Of a stretch of 64,000 nucleotides of DNA, positions 62,359 through 64,000 are shown piece by piece. The notes under the pieces were generated by a model. That model made no database searches. It saw only the letters and a list, made by a program, of their open reading frames with translations, and was not told the origin of the DNA. The stretch's first letter is position 1, and each line of letters opens with the position of its first letter. The DNA comes from Terrimonas alba (GTDB taxonomy: Bacteria; Bacteroidota; Bacteroidia; Chitinophagales; Chitinophagaceae), in the NCBI RefSeq assembly GCF_042434975.1, contig NZ_JBHMQM010000009.1, positions 216,831 to 280,830 on the forward strand, in the 5' to 3' direction. A program made the position numbers and the translations under genes.

Positions 62359-63333
62359 ATGAAACAGCATTCAGTATTCATCTTCCTTTTTTTCTGCTTA
62401 CAGGCTACGGCGCAACCTGTCAAAGATAAACTTGTTGGAGACTGGAAGTTTTATCTCAAAGACAAGACAAGTTTTGAATTTTTAAGACTTAGTTCAGACG
62501 GAACAGGAATAAAATGTTTTGGACAGACCATCAATGGTAAAGATTCTCTATTCCTAAATCATGTCACGACATTATTAATCACAAATTGGCTAGTTGAAAA
62601 AAGAAAACTTTCTATTGAAAGCGAGAACGCCGTCAGTTTTAAAGTAAACCCAGAATACATACTTGATTTGGACGACAATAATATCCTGAGGCTGGAAGGT
62701 GAGCATCTAATTTTTTATCTATATCCAAGTCATTTAAATCGAAGTGAGTTTAAGAGAACTGTTATTTATCAGAGAGCAGATAAAATCCCCAAAGACTATG
62801 GTGTGAAGACGGCAAAATGTATAGTAGAAGACAGGCATCTTTTTTCAATACAACAAATTGATAGTACAACTCAACTTGCAACCTACAAAGGGTTTGATGA
62901 TCTAATTCCATATATCGTTAGCTGCAATAATGGCTTTGAGTATGTTCAAAATTATTATGACCCACCATATAGTTTGACAATTCCAAATTCAATTCATAAG
63001 TGGTCATTTGGATTTGGAAATAAAGAATTCTACATTTCATTTAATTCAGATGATGGTGACACAAGTGAAACTTCAATAGTAATTTACTATGACTTTGACA
63101 ACGAACTAAAAACCTTTTTTTTCAACCAACTTAATTCAGGTAAGGTTAAGAAAAATGTAGTAAATCTGAATGGCTTGACTATTTACAAGACCCAATATAC
63201 ACAAGACAAATTTGAGGGTAGGATTTTTTATGACAATCAAATAATCATAATGTATTATACTAAAAACGAAAAAATACAAGATGATCTTCAAAACTCTTTA
63301 GCATCGTTTAAGTATAAAGAAAATATCAACTAG
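62359..63333 (+). CDS. Secreted hypothetical protein (AT-rich gene)
   Basis: 324 aa with the signal peptide MKQHSVFIFLFFCLQATAQ. No domain was recognised and GC content is low. Confidence 0.45.
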   Translation: MKQHSVFIFLFFCLQATAQPVKDKLVGDWKFYLKDKTSFEFLRLSSDGTGIKCFGQTINGKDSLFLNHVTTLLITNWLVEKRKLSIESENAVSFKVNPEYILDLDDNNILRLEGEHLIFYLYPSHLNRSEFKRTVIYQRADKIPKDYGVKTAKCIVEDRHLFSIQQIDSTTQLATYKGFDDLIPYIVSCNNGFEYVQNYYDPPYSLTIPNSIHKWSFGFGNKEFYISFNSDDGDTSETSIVIYYDFDNELKTFFFNQLNSGKVKKNVVNLNGLTIYKTQYTQDKFEGRIFYDNQIIIMYYTKNEKIQDDLQNSLASFKYKENIN

Positions 63334-63556
63334 TTTGACTAAAGAAAGCCTGTGCCTAACATCGCTTGGCAATATGGTGACTTCCGAATATAACCTGATC
63401 GACATTAACGCGGATGTGTTGCAGTTCCGATTTTCCGGATCACAGATGAGCTTTGGAATATAAACTCAGCATTATATCTTTACCGGGCACAGGTTCGGGC
63501 TGATGAATCACGGAATACCACCACATCGCCAAGCCCTCGACGTTAGCTTAAATTTT

Positions 63557-64000
63557 ATGTCAACCCAAAGTCAACTAAAAACTGATAAAAATGAATTTTC
63601 CAAGCTAGAAAAGTTCCTAGTTGGGCTTGCTATCACATTCGCCATTTGGGGTGCAGTTACAATAATCGGATCGGTCTTTTTATTTAAAAATGCCGAAACA
63701 TTCGATGTTGATAAAAAAATAAACGACGAAAAATTTGGAAATTTTGGTTCGTTAATTAGTGGGACAGTTGGTGCTTTATGGAGTCTTGTGGGAGTAATTC
63801 TTTTTTACATAACCTTACGATTACAAAGGAAAGAGCTTGCTTTCCAACGCGAAGAATTGGAATTGACCCGAGGTGAGCTACAAGGTCAGAAGGAACAAAT
63901 GATTCGACAAAACGCTACGTTAATTCAACAACGATTTGAAACAACATTTTTTCAATTACTGACCTTACACCATCAAATTGTGAATGCAATGGACCTGAGG
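63557..64000 (+). CDS. Hypothetical membrane protein (two TM helices then a coiled coil), 3'-truncated by the window edge
   Basis: An ATG at 63557 gives MSTQSQLKTDKNEFSKLEKFLVGLAITFAIWGAVTIIGSVF...LWSLVGVILFYITLRLQRKELAFQREELELTRGELQGQKEQ.... The frame stays open to the window end. It is not in the ORF track because there is no stop. Confidence 0.4.
   Translation, partial: MSTQSQLKTDKNEFSKLEKFLVGLAITFAIWGAVTIIGSVFLFKNAETFDVDKKINDEKFGNFGSLISGTVGALWSLVGVILFYITLRLQRKELAFQREELELTRGELQGQKEQMIRQNATLIQQRFETTFFQLLTLHHQIVNAMDLR

Overview
This 64-kb window is a Bacteroidota-type chromosomal segment; the SusC/SusD pair, UpxY, Bacteroidetes -33/-7 promoter motifs and REP/RAYT elements point to Chitinophagaceae or Sphingobacteriia. 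Most genes are on the minus strand.

- 1-9.3 kb: a capsular or O-antigen polysaccharide locus on the minus strand, in transcription order UpxY antiterminator, Wza, Wzc tyrosine kinase, WbpP-like 4-epimerase, RmlB, a four-helix-bundle protein, RmlA, a DegT-type sugar aminotransferase and a hexapeptide N-acetyltransferase (truncated at the window edge). A frameshifted four-helix-bundle paralog sits between the epimerase and RmlB.
- 9.5-20 kb: a divergent HGSNAT-like acyltransferase, a small two-gene module with an ADP-ribosyltransferase-like motif, an XRE regulator, and a SusC/SusD/TlpA-like locus with a long structured leader.
- 20-25.5 kb: an AraC regulator, a NarL/LuxR two-component system with a possibly split sensor, and a patch of small ORFs including an excisionase-like helix-turn-helix (HTH) protein and a coupled pair of small membrane peptides.
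- 26.7-44.4 kb (the part most worth a second look): a putative RNA/DNA damage-response island.
  - A long-form RtcB RNA ligase is co-transcribed with an AT-rich, apparently foreign secreted protein, and two tandem LigT-like 2H phosphoesterases lie further along.
  - A DUF5131 (Gp37/Gp68), TcmP, PA0069-type radical SAM operon sits next to an atypically split umuD/umuC.
  - A DUF458 (RNase H-like) plus AAA ATPase operon follows a tRNA-Trp-like gene that ends 4 nt before the ORF. A stand-alone paralog of the AAA protein's N-domain lies nearby. Downstream is a circularly permuted tRNA-Ile-like element (T-arm, loop-closed acceptor, D-arm) plus a second T-arm minihelix.
  - A palindrome TCCCGATAnnTATCGGGA recurs three times upstream of island genes, and CACAGAnnnn tandem 10-bp repeats sit at two positions in the island.
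- 44.4-64 kb: housekeeping and accessory genes, including DUF72, an aldehyde dehydrogenase, an AraC regulator, an MG2-domain protein, a TonB-dependent receptor with DUF4249, a GH63-like glycosidase, an amidase_2, an IS200-like RAYT flanked by REP hairpins and a MITE-like palindrome, a CsbD-like protein, a DEAD-box helicase and AT-rich hypotheticals.

No rRNA or CRISPR array was found.
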